A DNA stretch of 42,550 nucleotides, taken from a virus. Lineage: Duplodnaviria; Caudoviricetes. Each line of letters begins with the position of its first letter. Position 1 is the first letter of the stretch. The notes beneath the pieces are model-generated. The model did not search any database, had not been told where the DNA came from, and saw nothing but the letters and a program-made list of their open reading frames with translations. Made by a program: the position numbers and the translations under genes. Positions 25,305-35,744 of this stretch are shown here, in pieces. Location: positions 1 through 42,550 of IMG/VR virus record IMGVR_UViG_3300033509_000070; one strand, given 5' to 3'.

Positions 25305-26930
25305 ATGGCAAACATAATAGATAGTTTTTTAATATTATTCAATACTCAAGTTCGTGGTAATGGAATACAACAAGTAAATAAACAAATAGCAAGTACGACT
25401 AAGAACATGATGGGCGCAAATAATATGCTTAAAATGTTCTTTGGATATGATTTATATCGTTTTGTTCGTCAGCTAGTTCCAGACCTCATAGCAACCTCTC
25501 AACAGTTAGGTGCAATGGAGTCTCGTTTTAATGCAGTTTCTACATCGGCAAGAGCTGGTGCAGAAGAGTTAAAATGGGTTGGAGACCAAAGTAAAAGATT
25601 AGGTTTAAACTTTTTAAGAACAGCAGATGACTATTCTATATTCTATGCTACTGTATCAAAGAATATGGGGCAAGGAACTACTAGAAAGGTATTTGAACAA
25701 TGGGCGGAGGCTTTTCGTGTACTACACATAGACCCAGAAAGACAAAGTAGAGTTCTATATGCCTTACGAGAAATGTCTTCTAAGGGCAAAATTTATATGC
25801 AAGATTTGGCATTACAGTTAGGTAGTGCTGTTCCAGATGCTATGAATTTAGCAGCAACATCTATGGGCTATGTAGGTCCTAAAGCTGTTGAAAGATTTAG
25901 AAAAGCTATTAAAGATGGAGCTATAGATGTAAAGAAATTTATACCTATGTTCTCTGAGGCTGTAAATAAACAGTATGTATCTTCTCAAGCATTATCGTAT
26001 GCTATGAGTAAGCCAGATGCACAAATACAACTTTTAACTACTCATTGGCAAATGTTCCAAATGGCTATATCTAAAGGTGGATTTGAAAAAGATTTAGTTA
26101 AAACTTTAAAATCTGTAAACTTTCTACTTGGTGGATTAGAGAAACATGGCGCAACTATATATAAGAGCTTAAAGCTTATAGCTGGTATTCTAGCTGTATC
26201 TGGTGGACTTAAATTAATCGGATGGTTAGGTCAAGCACTATCTATTGTTACTCGTATGAGTGCTATAATTGGTGCTGGTAAAATCATGAGATTAATACCA
26301 ATTTTAATGAAAGCACTACCTATATTGGCACCACTTATTGGATTACTTACTACTCCAGTTGGATTAGGAATAGCTATTGTTGCAGGATTAATTTTTGCAG
26401 GAAAATGGGTATTAGATAAGTTCTTTCCAAATGTATCTAAAGCATTAGGAAATATTTGGGATGGATTAGTATTAAGAATAGAAGCTTGGTGGATTGGATT
26501 CTCAAATGAATTAAGAAATAGTCCTATCGGAAAATGGTTTGATGAGCAAAATAAAAAGAATGCTCCAAAAAATAAAACAAATCAAATTGGTGGCGGATTA
26601 TATAATAATGTAAATGGACATCCTATGATGTTTGGTGTAGAATTAGTTGGACTTAGACAAATGATGGGTCATGAGAAATTAACTCGTGGAAATCCTACTA
26701 AACCAATAAATTTTAATACAACAAACACTATTAAGCCAAATATAAATATAACTGTTCAAACAACAGGAGATACTCCACAAGAAATGATACAGGCTATTCA
26801 GGACGGTACTTTAAAAGCTACTAACGCAGTAACTAAAAAAATATGGGAAGCTATTAATCATAGTAATATAAATAGCAGACCTTCAAAATCAAACTATAGT
26901 AATATATTACCTTTAGCTACTAAATTTTAG
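25305..26930 (+). CDS. Tape measure protein
   Basis: ALREMSSKGKIYMQDLALQLGSAVP tape-measure motif and a hydrophobic central region. Confidence 0.9.
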   Translation: MANIIDSFLILFNTQVRGNGIQQVNKQIASTTKNMMGANNMLKMFFGYDLYRFVRQLVPDLIATSQQLGAMESRFNAVSTSARAGAEELKWVGDQSKRLGLNFLRTADDYSIFYATVSKNMGQGTTRKVFEQWAEAFRVLHIDPERQSRVLYALREMSSKGKIYMQDLALQLGSAVPDAMNLAATSMGYVGPKAVERFRKAIKDGAIDVKKFIPMFSEAVNKQYVSSQALSYAMSKPDAQIQLLTTHWQMFQMAISKGGFEKDLVKTLKSVNFLLGGLEKHGATIYKSLKLIAGILAVSGGLKLIGWLGQALSIVTRMSAIIGAGKIMRLIPILMKALPILAPLIGLLTTPVGLGIAIVAGLIFAGKWVLDKFFPNVSKALGNIWDGLVLRIEAWWIGFSNELRNSPIGKWFDEQNKKNAPKNKTNQIGGGLYNNVNGHPMMFGVELVGLRQMMGHEKLTRGNPTKPINFNTTNTIKPNINITVQTTGDTPQEMIQAIQDGTLKATNAVTKKIWEAINHSNINSRPSKSNYSNILPLATKF

Positions 26931-26944
26931 GATAAATTAATTAA

Positions 26945-28096
26945 ATGGAAGATATAAATATAGATAATAATTCATATCTAATGATAGTATGGGGAGATAC
27001 CTCTAATCTAAAGGTTGCTGATTATAGTGAAGTAATTAAAACAAATACTACTAACTTTTTAGATAATACTATTAATATAAATGGAATAGGTAAGGCTTTG
27101 TTGGCTGGATATAATAGTCCACTAGCACAATCTTTAGCATCTAAAGCATTGCCAAAATCTACTTTAGGAAGAATAAACTCGTCTCTCTATGATATAGTTG
27201 CTGATGGAAAAATAAGTAATAGAGAAGTTGCTACTGATTTTATATCATCATGTAATGGTGAGTTAGATAATGTAGCTATTCAATTAGGATTACCTAGTGC
27301 ATCATCTTTATATTCTGCAATAATGCCAGATGGAAGTGGGGTAATAGCTACTGATTTCTTAAATGGATTTGCTAAATCAGCAGTTAAAATATCTGACGAT
27401 ACATTAGCTCAAGAAAATGAGAATAAAGTAGCTACAAGAGTATTAAAACTAAAATTAGTTATTGGTGGAAATGAGTCTTATTCTTCAGAACTACCTAAAA
27501 GAAGAACCGAAAAAGGTTTTAACTATGTAGATTACGTTAATAATAACGAGCCATCTTTTGACTTTACTACTATAATTGGTGGTGTGGGTCATAATATGTA
27601 TGATATGAAAGATGCTCTAATAGAAATTAGAAATTCTAAACTTCCATTTGATGTATATATAAATGATTCTGTTAATAAAAAACAATATCATTATAAAAAT
27701 TGTTTATTTGAAAATTTAGATTTTGATACAGATAATGTATCTGTAAATTCAAAACAGTGTACTATGGCATTTGAACAAATACCAGAGAATACCATAAAAA
27801 CTACTAAACTTACAGGAACATCTACTACATCTAAACGCAAACAAAGTGGAAGTAAAAAAAGGATTAGTTCTAATACTAAAAATAAAACTAGGGTTCAAGG
27901 TAGTGTAAAAAAAACATTTACTGTATCTGAAAAGTTTAAAATAAATGGAATTAAGGATGTTATATCATCTAAACTTAAAAATAATCCATCTTATAATCCA
28001 TTAAAAGACCCAAGTATGAATAAAAGAGCTAGTCAATTAGGTACAACTTTATCTTCTCTTGGTGTAACACCTAATAGCGCAGGAAGTGATTATTAA
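26945..28096 (+). CDS. Baseplate/tube initiator (Dit-like) protein
   Basis: ESYSSELPKRRTEKGFNYVDYV motif; follows the TMP. Confidence 0.6.
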   Translation: MEDINIDNNSYLMIVWGDTSNLKVADYSEVIKTNTTNFLDNTININGIGKALLAGYNSPLAQSLASKALPKSTLGRINSSLYDIVADGKISNREVATDFISSCNGELDNVAIQLGLPSASSLYSAIMPDGSGVIATDFLNGFAKSAVKISDDTLAQENENKVATRVLKLKLVIGGNESYSSELPKRRTEKGFNYVDYVNNNEPSFDFTTIIGGVGHNMYDMKDALIEIRNSKLPFDVYINDSVNKKQYHYKNCLFENLDFDTDNVSVNSKQCTMAFEQIPENTIKTTKLTGTSTTSKRKQSGSKKRISSNTKNKTRVQGSVKKTFTVSEKFKINGIKDVISSKLKNNPSYNPLKDPSMNKRASQLGTTLSSLGVTPNSAGSDY

Positions 28097-28443
28097 TGAG
28101 TTTATTAAAAATAGAAATACCAAATATATTTGAAAATCCATACGTAATATTGCTTCAAGAAATAGGTGAAGAAACTTATTATTTTGAATATTATTGGAAT
28201 ATTAGACATGATAAGTTGTATTTATCTATATATTTATTAGATAATGATACTAAGATTTATTTAGTTAAAAGTGTTTTACTTTTAAATGATGTAGAAGTAT
28301 CTAGATATATAATTAATGATAGATGGTCTGGTGGATTGTTTTTTACATCTGATATTAGTGTTGGAACTGAATATAATATAAAATCAGTATCTAGCGATTT
28401 TTATCTTTTATATAATAGTGAATTTTTAAGCAAACATGAATAA
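28096..28443 (+). CDS. Baseplate plug-like protein
   Basis: YYFEYYWNIRHDKLYLSI; synteny. Confidence 0.6.
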   Translation: MSLLKIEIPNIFENPYVILLQEIGEETYYFEYYWNIRHDKLYLSIYLLDNDTKIYLVKSVLLLNDVEVSRYIINDRWSGGLFFTSDISVGTEYNIKSVSSDFYLLYNSEFLSKHE

Positions 28444-29347
28444 ATTAGAAACTAAAATTAAATTAGAAATAATCGGTGCAGACATAGTTGTAGAAGATTT
28501 AGATATATCTGTAGAGCTTAAGAAAACAAATGAAGCTACTCCAAACTATTGTACCGTAACTATATATAATTTATCTGATAATACTAATAATAGAATTAAA
28601 GACTATGCTACTGGAGCTAGAGTTTATATCTCTCAAAGTGGTTCTGATAGTTATGAATTAGTATTTGAAGGAAATCTTAGAGATTCTAAAAAGTTTAAGA
28701 AACCAGCTAAAGCTAAATCTAAATATACTAAAACTGGTAAGTTAAGAAAAATAAAAAAATCTACCGTAGCCCCTAAATATAATTCTCCATCTGTTACTAC
28801 AGAATTTGATGATACAGACGTAAGAACTATAATGGAACTTCAAGATGGTAGAAAAATAGCTCTATTAGATACATATTTTAGTAAATCTTATTCTGGTAAG
28901 ATTACTAATAGACAAGTTATAAATGATATATTAAATAATTTTAGAGCCAATAGTATTCCAATAGGAAAAATAGATACTCCAATAGAGATAGAGTATAAAA
29001 ATGGTAAAGTATTTCATGGTTCTGCTGTAAGTATATTAAGAAGTTTATGTTCTACCGCACACGCTAGTTTTTATATTAAAAATGGTGTAATATCAATAAC
29101 TAATGGTACGTCTGTACCTCAAGCATATGTAGTATTATTAGACGGTACTAATTGTGCTAGACCAGAAGAAGATACTAATAAAGAAATTAAAATAGATGGT
29201 CCACTTCTACCTACATTGAATCCTAACGATTGGATAATGTTAGATTTTAAAAATGTTAAAGGCGCTCATAAGATATATAAAATAGAGAGTAAATTTGATA
29301 ATTTTGGAGAAGCTAGTGGGTCCGACTTAGTAGTTAAGGTAAATTAA
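28436..29347 (+). CDS. Baseplate hub protein
   Basis: PNYCTVTIYNLS, VFEGNL, LLPTLNP motifs. Confidence 0.8.
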   Translation: MNKLETKIKLEIIGADIVVEDLDISVELKKTNEATPNYCTVTIYNLSDNTNNRIKDYATGARVYISQSGSDSYELVFEGNLRDSKKFKKPAKAKSKYTKTGKLRKIKKSTVAPKYNSPSVTTEFDDTDVRTIMELQDGRKIALLDTYFSKSYSGKITNRQVINDILNNFRANSIPIGKIDTPIEIEYKNGKVFHGSAVSILRSLCSTAHASFYIKNGVISITNGTSVPQAYVVLLDGTNCARPEEDTNKEIKIDGPLLPTLNPNDWIMLDFKNVKGAHKIYKIESKFDNFGEASGSDLVVKVN

Positions 29348-29348
29348 T

Positions 29349-30068
29349 ATGGCAGAATTTCAAATAGGATTAACACATCAAGAAAAATATGAAGAGCCAC
29401 AAGATTTAGCTACTGTACTATGGTCTAGATTTAATGATTTAAAACATGATATACATGTTCAAAAAGCTTGTAAAGTAGTAGAAGTTAATAGTGGTGGAAA
29501 TCAAGTATCATTACAGATATTAGATAAAGATTCTGATGGTATGGGTAATATAATAGAATACCCTATTATACCAAATGTACCTATTAGACAACCAATGGAG
29601 TCTGGTTCAGCTTTTATAAGGCTTCCTGTCCAATTGGGGGATGTAGGAACGATTGAATTTTTTGATTCTTCTGTTGATGATACGATAGTAGATAGTGTAT
29701 ATTCTTATTCTTATGAAGAAGATTGGCATAGCTTATCTGATGGATTATTCACAAATGGATTCTTACCTAATAATAAATTAATAGAAATAGACCACAATAA
29801 TCCAATTACTATTGGAACCAAAACTGGAACATTTACATTTACAGTTAATTCATCTGGACAATTAACAATAACATCCCCAATAGTAAATATAGTTTCTAGT
29901 AGTGCTATAAATATAACAGCACCAACAACAACTATAACTGGCGATTTAAATGTAACAAAAACTATTACAGCAACTACCGATGTTGTAGGTGGTGGTAAAT
30001 CGTTAAAATCACATACTCATCCATATACAGATGATGGTTCTCCTATGAATACTGGAGCGCCAAATTAG
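29349..30068 (+). CDS. Baseplate central spike (Gp138-like)
   Basis: LPVQLGDVG, HSLSDG and a C-terminal SLKSHTH metal-binding tip. Confidence 0.9.
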   Translation: MAEFQIGLTHQEKYEEPQDLATVLWSRFNDLKHDIHVQKACKVVEVNSGGNQVSLQILDKDSDGMGNIIEYPIIPNVPIRQPMESGSAFIRLPVQLGDVGTIEFFDSSVDDTIVDSVYSYSYEEDWHSLSDGLFTNGFLPNNKLIEIDHNNPITIGTKTGTFTFTVNSSGQLTITSPIVNIVSSSAINITAPTTTITGDLNVTKTITATTDVVGGGKSLKSHTHPYTDDGSPMNTGAPN

Positions 30069-30080
30069 ATAATTTTACTA

Positions 30081-30117
30081 TTGTAAAAATATATAAAAAT
30101 AACTATAATTATTATAG
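30081..30117 (+). promoter_or_regulatory. Internal late promoter
   Basis: TTGTAA 30081-86, 17-nt spacer, ACTATAATTATTATAG. Confidence 0.7.
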
Positions 30118-30131
30118 CAAGGAATAAGAAC

Positions 30132-30470
30132 TTGAAAACTTTAAAATTAGATTTTATAAATAAAGATGTAATAAACGAATATATAAACAATAAAGAAAGA
30201 GTATTACAGCAAATAAAACTAGCTGTACAAGTATGGAAAGGTGATTGGATGCTAGATGAAGAATTTGGTATTGATTATGATTCTTCTTGGGGTAATACAC
30301 TAACTATGTCTACCTATATTCAATCTCAAATTAAACAAGTATCTGGAGTTTCTAGCATAATAAGTTTTTCTATTGAAAAAAATACAATTGAAGAATCTAA
30401 TATAGAATACTTTGTTGATGCACAAATAAGTTTTGAAAATGAAATATTAATTATTTCTGAAGGAATATAG
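30132..30470 (+). CDS. Baseplate wedge/sheath initiator (gp25-like)
   Basis: WKGDWMLDEEFGIDY motif. Confidence 0.8.
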   Translation: MKTLKLDFINKDVINEYINNKERVLQQIKLAVQVWKGDWMLDEEFGIDYDSSWGNTLTMSTYIQSQIKQVSGVSSIISFSIEKNTIEESNIEYFVDAQISFENEILIISEGI

Positions 30471-30474
30471 TAGT

Positions 30475-31662
30475 ATGCCTATACAATATGATGAAAATGG
30501 AATAGCTATACAAACTCTTTCTGAAATACTTGACGAAAGAGAAGTTGCTTTACAATCTTTTTTAGGTTCTGATTTTATAGTAAGTGGAGATGACCCTATT
30601 GGAAATTTGCAATTAGCAGATGCAGATAGAGAGTTATCAATCCAAGAATTAATTTTATATCTAGTAGTACAAATGAATCCAGATACCGCAGAAGGTATTT
30701 GGCTAGATTTTATTTGTGCTTTAAATAATATATATAGAAATGCGCCAACATATACAGAAATACCGATAACTGTTACTGGATTAGAAAATACTGTTATAGA
30801 TGCGGGATTATTAACTATTGTTGATGAAACAACTAATAGATATTATATAAATAAAGAATACTTTGTAATAGGTTCTGTTGGTACTGTAGATACTACATAT
30901 GATGCTATATTTAGATGTACAGATTATGGTGAAGTTCAAGCTTCTTCATCTTCTACTTACACTATTAAAACACCTATAAGTGGAATTACATCTGTAGAAT
31001 ATACTTCTGGTGGAACTACAGAAATTGGTACAGAAACAGAAACAGATTCTTCTTTAAGAGCAAGAAGAGAAGAAGAAATAGAATTAAGGGCTAGTTCTAC
31101 ATTAGCCTCAATTAAAGCAGTAGTATATGAGGTTCCAGGTGTTGATTTCGTACAATGTTATGAAAATGATACTAATGGAACAGTCGATAGTATTCCAGCG
31201 AAAGCATTTGAAGTAGTAGTTAAAGGTGGTATAGATTCTGACATAGCACAGGCTATATTAAGTAAGAAACCATCTGGCATACAGGCTTATGGAACAACAA
31301 CAATAGCTGTTTCTGATTCAGATGGAAATAGTTTTAATATTGGACTTACAAGAGCTACAGACATTCCTATTGAAATAGAAATAACAGCTCTAGTATCTAG
31401 TGTTCAAACAGCAGAATGGGAAACTCAAGTTAAAAATGCTATCGTAAGTAAATTTACAAGCACATATGATGTGGGAGACGATATTTATGTTTATCCATTA
31501 TATAGTGCTTTAAATAGTTATTCTGAAATATTAAATATCACAGTATTCCAAATGCAAAAAGTATCAGATAGTGGATTATGGGATGATACAGTAGTAATAG
31601 CAAAAAGAGAAGTTGGAACATTATCTATAGATAACATATCGATAACACAAATAACATCTTAA
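30475..31662 (+). CDS. Baseplate J-like wedge protein
   Basis: PDTAEGIWLD, ETDSSLRARR, KKPSGIQAYG. Confidence 0.92.
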   Translation: MPIQYDENGIAIQTLSEILDEREVALQSFLGSDFIVSGDDPIGNLQLADADRELSIQELILYLVVQMNPDTAEGIWLDFICALNNIYRNAPTYTEIPITVTGLENTVIDAGLLTIVDETTNRYYINKEYFVIGSVGTVDTTYDAIFRCTDYGEVQASSSSTYTIKTPISGITSVEYTSGGTTEIGTETETDSSLRARREEEIELRASSTLASIKAVVYEVPGVDFVQCYENDTNGTVDSIPAKAFEVVVKGGIDSDIAQAILSKKPSGIQAYGTTTIAVSDSDGNSFNIGLTRATDIPIEIEITALVSSVQTAEWETQVKNAIVSKFTSTYDVGDDIYVYPLYSALNSYSEILNITVFQMQKVSDSGLWDDTVVIAKREVGTLSIDNISITQITS

Positions 31663-31674
31663 TAGGATATAATA

Positions 31675-32856
31675 ATGTATCAAATTGATAATCATGAAGA
31701 CTTAGCGCAACAAGCAGTTGTACCATATTTATTATCTTTTAATAAAATACAAAATTTAGCTAAACATTCTGGAACTAGAAATCAATATATAGAAGATGTA
31801 ATTTGGGAATTAGCTCATTCTACAAATATAGAAACAGCAAATGGAATATGGTTAGATTACTTAGGTAAAAAGGTTGGAAAAACTAGAAGTTATTTCCCAG
31901 CTCCTACAGATGGATTTACATTTAAAGGAACTACTGACCAAGGATTTGGTGCTGGTAAATTTTTATCACCATATGGTATTGGGGCTACAAAACTTTTAAG
32001 AAGTAATGCTGATTATAGAAATGCTATAAAAGCTAAAATAATACAAAATAATACTAACTGTAATTTAGCAGATTTAATATATGCATGTAAATTATTATTT
32101 AATGCATCATTAGTTCTTATAACAGAACAATATCCAGCAGGAATAGATACTATAAATCTTTATGGTTCTGCATTATTGGAATCAACAGATGCATATAATT
32201 TATGCAAATTAATGATGCCAGCAGGAGTTAGTCTAGGTAGTATAAACTTTATATATTTAAATAATTTATTTAAAAATAATGCATTTATAGTATATGATGA
32301 AAGTGGAGATATAATACCTTCCACTGATGACTTTACTTTAAGTTTTACATTTACTCCAGATACACTAACATCTAGCGATATACCTTTATTAAGTCAAACT
32401 ACAAGTTTAGTAACTGCACATAATTCGGTAATGCTAACATATAATAATGTAGATGGAATAGTATTTAGCGCATCGCCTGGCTATTATAGTGATGACTTAG
32501 GTAATTATTATACGGATGATTCTGGAGATTTTTATACAGATAGTTTAGGTGCAATAGTATTGTCTGGCGGAAGTATAAATATAAATGAACCAAACAAGGT
32601 AAGAGTAACTAGAGTTGGAGATGATTTTACACTATATGTAAATGATTTGGAAGTAGCAAGTAATACAGTTACAGATGTAGTTATAGAGAATAATGAAATA
32701 TCAAAATTATTCTTAGGATGCTCATTGAACTCATTTTATAATTCTGGTTCAATATATAATTTATTATTATCAAATGATAGTACAAGTACAGTTTTAATAA
32801 ATGATAGTTTAAAAAATAAAACTATTGGTACAAATAATGGGGTTAGGTTTATATAA
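31675..32856 (+). CDS. DUF2612-like baseplate wedge protein fused to a LamG-like domain
   Basis: ANGIWLDYLGKKVG, DYRNAIKAKIIQN, PAGV; C-terminal DFTLSFTF...FTLYVN. Confidence 0.8.
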   Translation: MYQIDNHEDLAQQAVVPYLLSFNKIQNLAKHSGTRNQYIEDVIWELAHSTNIETANGIWLDYLGKKVGKTRSYFPAPTDGFTFKGTTDQGFGAGKFLSPYGIGATKLLRSNADYRNAIKAKIIQNNTNCNLADLIYACKLLFNASLVLITEQYPAGIDTINLYGSALLESTDAYNLCKLMMPAGVSLGSINFIYLNNLFKNNAFIVYDESGDIIPSTDDFTLSFTFTPDTLTSSDIPLLSQTTSLVTAHNSVMLTYNNVDGIVFSASPGYYSDDLGNYYTDDSGDFYTDSLGAIVLSGGSININEPNKVRVTRVGDDFTLYVNDLEVASNTVTDVVIENNEISKLFLGCSLNSFYNSGSIYNLLLSNDSTSTVLINDSLKNKTIGTNNGVRFI

Positions 32857-34211
32857 TGGTTAGATTCGATTCTAAAACAGCAATATCAACAATTAATGGA
32901 ACTGAAATAATTCCAATTACAGACGATGATAGTGTTGATAAAAAAATAACACTAAATCAAATAAAAACATTTACTAATACTGGAATAGATTTAAGTGGTA
33001 AACAAAATTTAATAACATCACCAACAAACAACCATGTAGTATTAACTAATGGTTCTGGTCAAACAATAGATAGTGGAATAGCTTCTACTGCTTTAACTAC
33101 TCAAGGAAATACATTTAATGGTGTTTCTCAATTGGTACAAACAGATTCTTCTGGTAAATTACCAGCTATTGATGGTTCATTATTAACTGGTGTTGGTGGA
33201 AGTTTAAAATTAGATGCTAGAGGCATTATAAGTTCTGGAACTACACTATTAACTAATTATGTAACTACAGCTCATATATCTGCAACATTAGCAATAACAT
33301 TACCAACAACTTTGAGTGCTGGTGTAGAGAATATCGTAGTATTAGATTTTACTACATCTTCTGCATCTCAACCAACTATAGTATCTACAAATCCTTTAAA
33401 ATGGTCAAAGAATAATGGAGGAGTACCTCCATCTGCTTATTCAAATCTTACTTCTGGTGCAAAAACTATTACTGGAGCAACTAATGCTAATCCAATAGAA
33501 ATTACATCTGCTAGTCATGGATATGTAACTGGAGATGTTGTAACTGTTGCAAGTGTTGGTGGAAATACTAATGCTAACGGAACTTGGATAGTAACTAAAA
33601 CTGGAACAAATACATATACATTAAATGGCTCAAATGGTAACGCAACATATACTTCTGGCGGAACATCAACTCATTATCCAGTTAAAAATTTATTAATTTT
33701 TAAAACTCATGATGGTGGAATAAATTGGGAAGCTGAATACACATATTATGGCGGAATAGAAGTAGCATTTACAAGACCAAATATTAGTTCAGATGGAACT
33801 ATGGGTGGAACAACATTTGCTGTAAGACATAATAAAGTAGCTACTAATGCTCTATATCTAGCATTTGATGGAAGCGCAGGAACCTGGTGTTATTTAGCTG
33901 CTGCACCAGTATCATCTGGTAATATAGATATGTATTATCCAGAACCATTTAAAGTAACTACATTTTATTCTGACTCATATTCTGGAGATGTTCAAATAGC
34001 AGCAGGAACACTATATGCTAGTAATGACGACAGTACGTACGTATCATTGGGTGCATTTACTATGACAATAATTGATGCTGGTCATGGATATTTTAACGTA
34101 GGTTCTCCAAATTTTTATAAATATTATAGAATTAGTTATACTGCAATGACAGGTGGGTATGGTCCTCAATTACCTGAAATTAGATGGACCGCTACTAAGA
34201 TGTCTGTATAG
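32856..34211 (+). CDS. Tail fibre/receptor-binding protein with discoidin-like C-terminus
   Basis: LPAIDGSLLTG, ITGATNANPIEITSASHG module, AFDGS...YKYYRI. Confidence 0.75.
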   Translation: MVRFDSKTAISTINGTEIIPITDDDSVDKKITLNQIKTFTNTGIDLSGKQNLITSPTNNHVVLTNGSGQTIDSGIASTALTTQGNTFNGVSQLVQTDSSGKLPAIDGSLLTGVGGSLKLDARGIISSGTTLLTNYVTTAHISATLAITLPTTLSAGVENIVVLDFTTSSASQPTIVSTNPLKWSKNNGGVPPSAYSNLTSGAKTITGATNANPIEITSASHGYVTGDVVTVASVGGNTNANGTWIVTKTGTNTYTLNGSNGNATYTSGGTSTHYPVKNLLIFKTHDGGINWEAEYTYYGGIEVAFTRPNISSDGTMGGTTFAVRHNKVATNALYLAFDGSAGTWCYLAAAPVSSGNIDMYYPEPFKVTTFYSDSYSGDVQIAAGTLYASNDDSTYVSLGAFTMTIIDAGHGYFNVGSPNFYKYYRISYTAMTGGYGPQLPEIRWTATKMSV

Positions 34212-34220
34212 GAGATAATA

Positions 34221-34628
34221 ATGGGTGTTTACGCAAAAATAGAATATAATAATAATTTACAAAAATATGAACTAATTCCAGCCTATAATGGATATAATGG
34301 AATAGTTAGTTTAGCTGAAAGTCCAGAGCTTTGTTTAGCTAATGGATTTACAGAATATACTACCGATGAAATATCTGGATATAACTCTGGTTCTCATATT
34401 ATAAATGCTGAATTACAATTAGAAGATATATCTAGTAATGTAGATTATATTACAGCTCAAAAAAATCTTAGAAAATCTCAACTCGCAAAAGAGTATGCAA
34501 GTAAGTTTTCTGAATTTGATACTATGTGGTCAAGAAATGTTAATTTAGGTAAAAAAACTACTGCTCAATATACAACTGCAAGAAGTGCAATGCAAGCAGA
34601 ATTACTAACTAAACTTTCGGAGGTTTAA
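34221..34628 (+). CDS. Putative fibre assembly chaperone
   Basis: Follows a fibre gene; helical C-terminus; AGGAG RBS. Confidence 0.5.
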   Translation: MGVYAKIEYNNNLQKYELIPAYNGYNGIVSLAESPELCLANGFTEYTTDEISGYNSGSHIINAELQLEDISSNVDYITAQKNLRKSQLAKEYASKFSEFDTMWSRNVNLGKKTTAQYTTARSAMQAELLTKLSEV

Positions 34629-34630
34629 AC

Positions 34631-34777
34631 ATGGAAATCGGAGACAACATCCCACAAAAGGTTGTGGACCAAGCTACAAGTGGAATCTACTGGTGTTACT
34701 TATGTGATACAGAATTAGATTCAAATCATTGTTGCACAAACGAGGAATGTCCTTTATATGGCATACCACAAGGTTAA
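34631..34777 (+). CDS. 48-aa Cys-rich protein (not in ORF track)
   Basis: CYLC...HCCTNEECP; GGAGG RBS. Confidence 0.7.
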   Translation: MEIGDNIPQKVVDQATSGIYWCYLCDTELDSNHCCTNEECPLYGIPQG

Positions 34778-34795
34778 TTAGGTTATAGGAACATT

Positions 34796-34975
34796 ATGAA
34801 TACTTATATAATATTAATATTTTTATTTATAATGTTTTTAATTGTATTACAAGTTATAAATTTTGCAATACAAATATTTATTATATTATTACTTAAAGAC
34901 TTCATGAAAAGTAGAGATGTTAAAAGTGATAAAACTTTAGATAAAACTAAAAAAGAGGTTGGTTTTGGCAAATAA
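34796..34975 (+). CDS. 59-aa membrane protein (not in ORF track)
   Basis: About 30 hydrophobic residues then a basic tail; AGGA RBS. Confidence 0.65.
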   Translation: MNTYIILIFLFIMFLIVLQVINFAIQIFIILLLKDFMKSRDVKSDKTLDKTKKEVGFGK

Positions 34976-35192
34976 GAAAAAATATATTATAAAACAAAAA
35001 AATTATGCAACCACATTAAATGGCACTAATTCAAACCAACAAAACTCTATTATATTAGACGAAAAGTCTCTAAATAATGTTGGCGGTATATATCAAGAAA
35101 ACTATATTAAACAATATTCTTTTAATCCATTTCAACCATTTGAAACAAAGATAAATACACAATATGGCGTTATAAAAATAAAGAAAAAATAG
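34965..35192 (+). CDS. Hypothetical protein
   Basis: TTG start after GAGG within ORF 34959..35192. Confidence 0.55.
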   Translation: MANKKKYIIKQKNYATTLNGTNSNQQNSIILDEKSLNNVGGIYQENYIKQYSFNPFQPFETKINTQYGVIKIKKK

Positions 35193-35200
35193 GTATATAA

Positions 35201-35461
35201 ATGTCTAATTTAAATCAACAAAATCAACATACGATTACTGGAATAACAATATCTCCAGAAAAAATACCTTATGGTCAGAATAATATTAGTTCTATCGACC
35301 CAACGCCTGGCATTATAATAGCAATATTATTTATATCTTTGTTAGGTTTTATTATATATAAATGTGATTATTGGACTAAAAAATTTTATGAACATAAAGT
35401 TGAAATGGATAAATTATCTTTAAATAATAAAGATATGCAAAATTTTACAAATATAATATAG
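35201..35461 (+). CDS. Single-TM protein
   Basis: GIIIAILFISLLGFIIY. Confidence 0.65.
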   Translation: MSNLNQQNQHTITGITISPEKIPYGQNNISSIDPTPGIIIAILFISLLGFIIYKCDYWTKKFYEHKVEMDKLSLNNKDMQNFTNII

Positions 35462-35471
35462 GAATAATTTA

Positions 35472-35732
35472 ATGTCAAACATGAGACCAGAATCATTTTA
35501 TATATCTCAGGGAGTAGTCAATGGACAAAGTTATCTTGGATATAAAACTAAATATGTAAAAGATGGAGGTACCGAATATTTTGGTTATGCTCCATGTGGA
35601 ACTTTAACTAGTGAATCTATTTGGACTATTAAAAAAGTAGTATCTACATCTACAACTACAGATGTTACTTGGGCTAATCTAGGTGAAAATAATGCAATTT
35701 GGGATAACTATTTAACACTAACTTATTCATAG
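35472..35732 (+). CDS. Small fibre-module protein
   Basis: YFGYAPCGTLTSESIWTIKK...WDNYLTLTYS; precedes a fibre gene. Confidence 0.65.
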   Translation: MSNMRPESFYISQGVVNGQSYLGYKTKYVKDGGTEYFGYAPCGTLTSESIWTIKKVVSTSTTTDVTWANLGENNAIWDNYLTLTYS

Positions 35733-35744
35733 GTAAAATAAATA

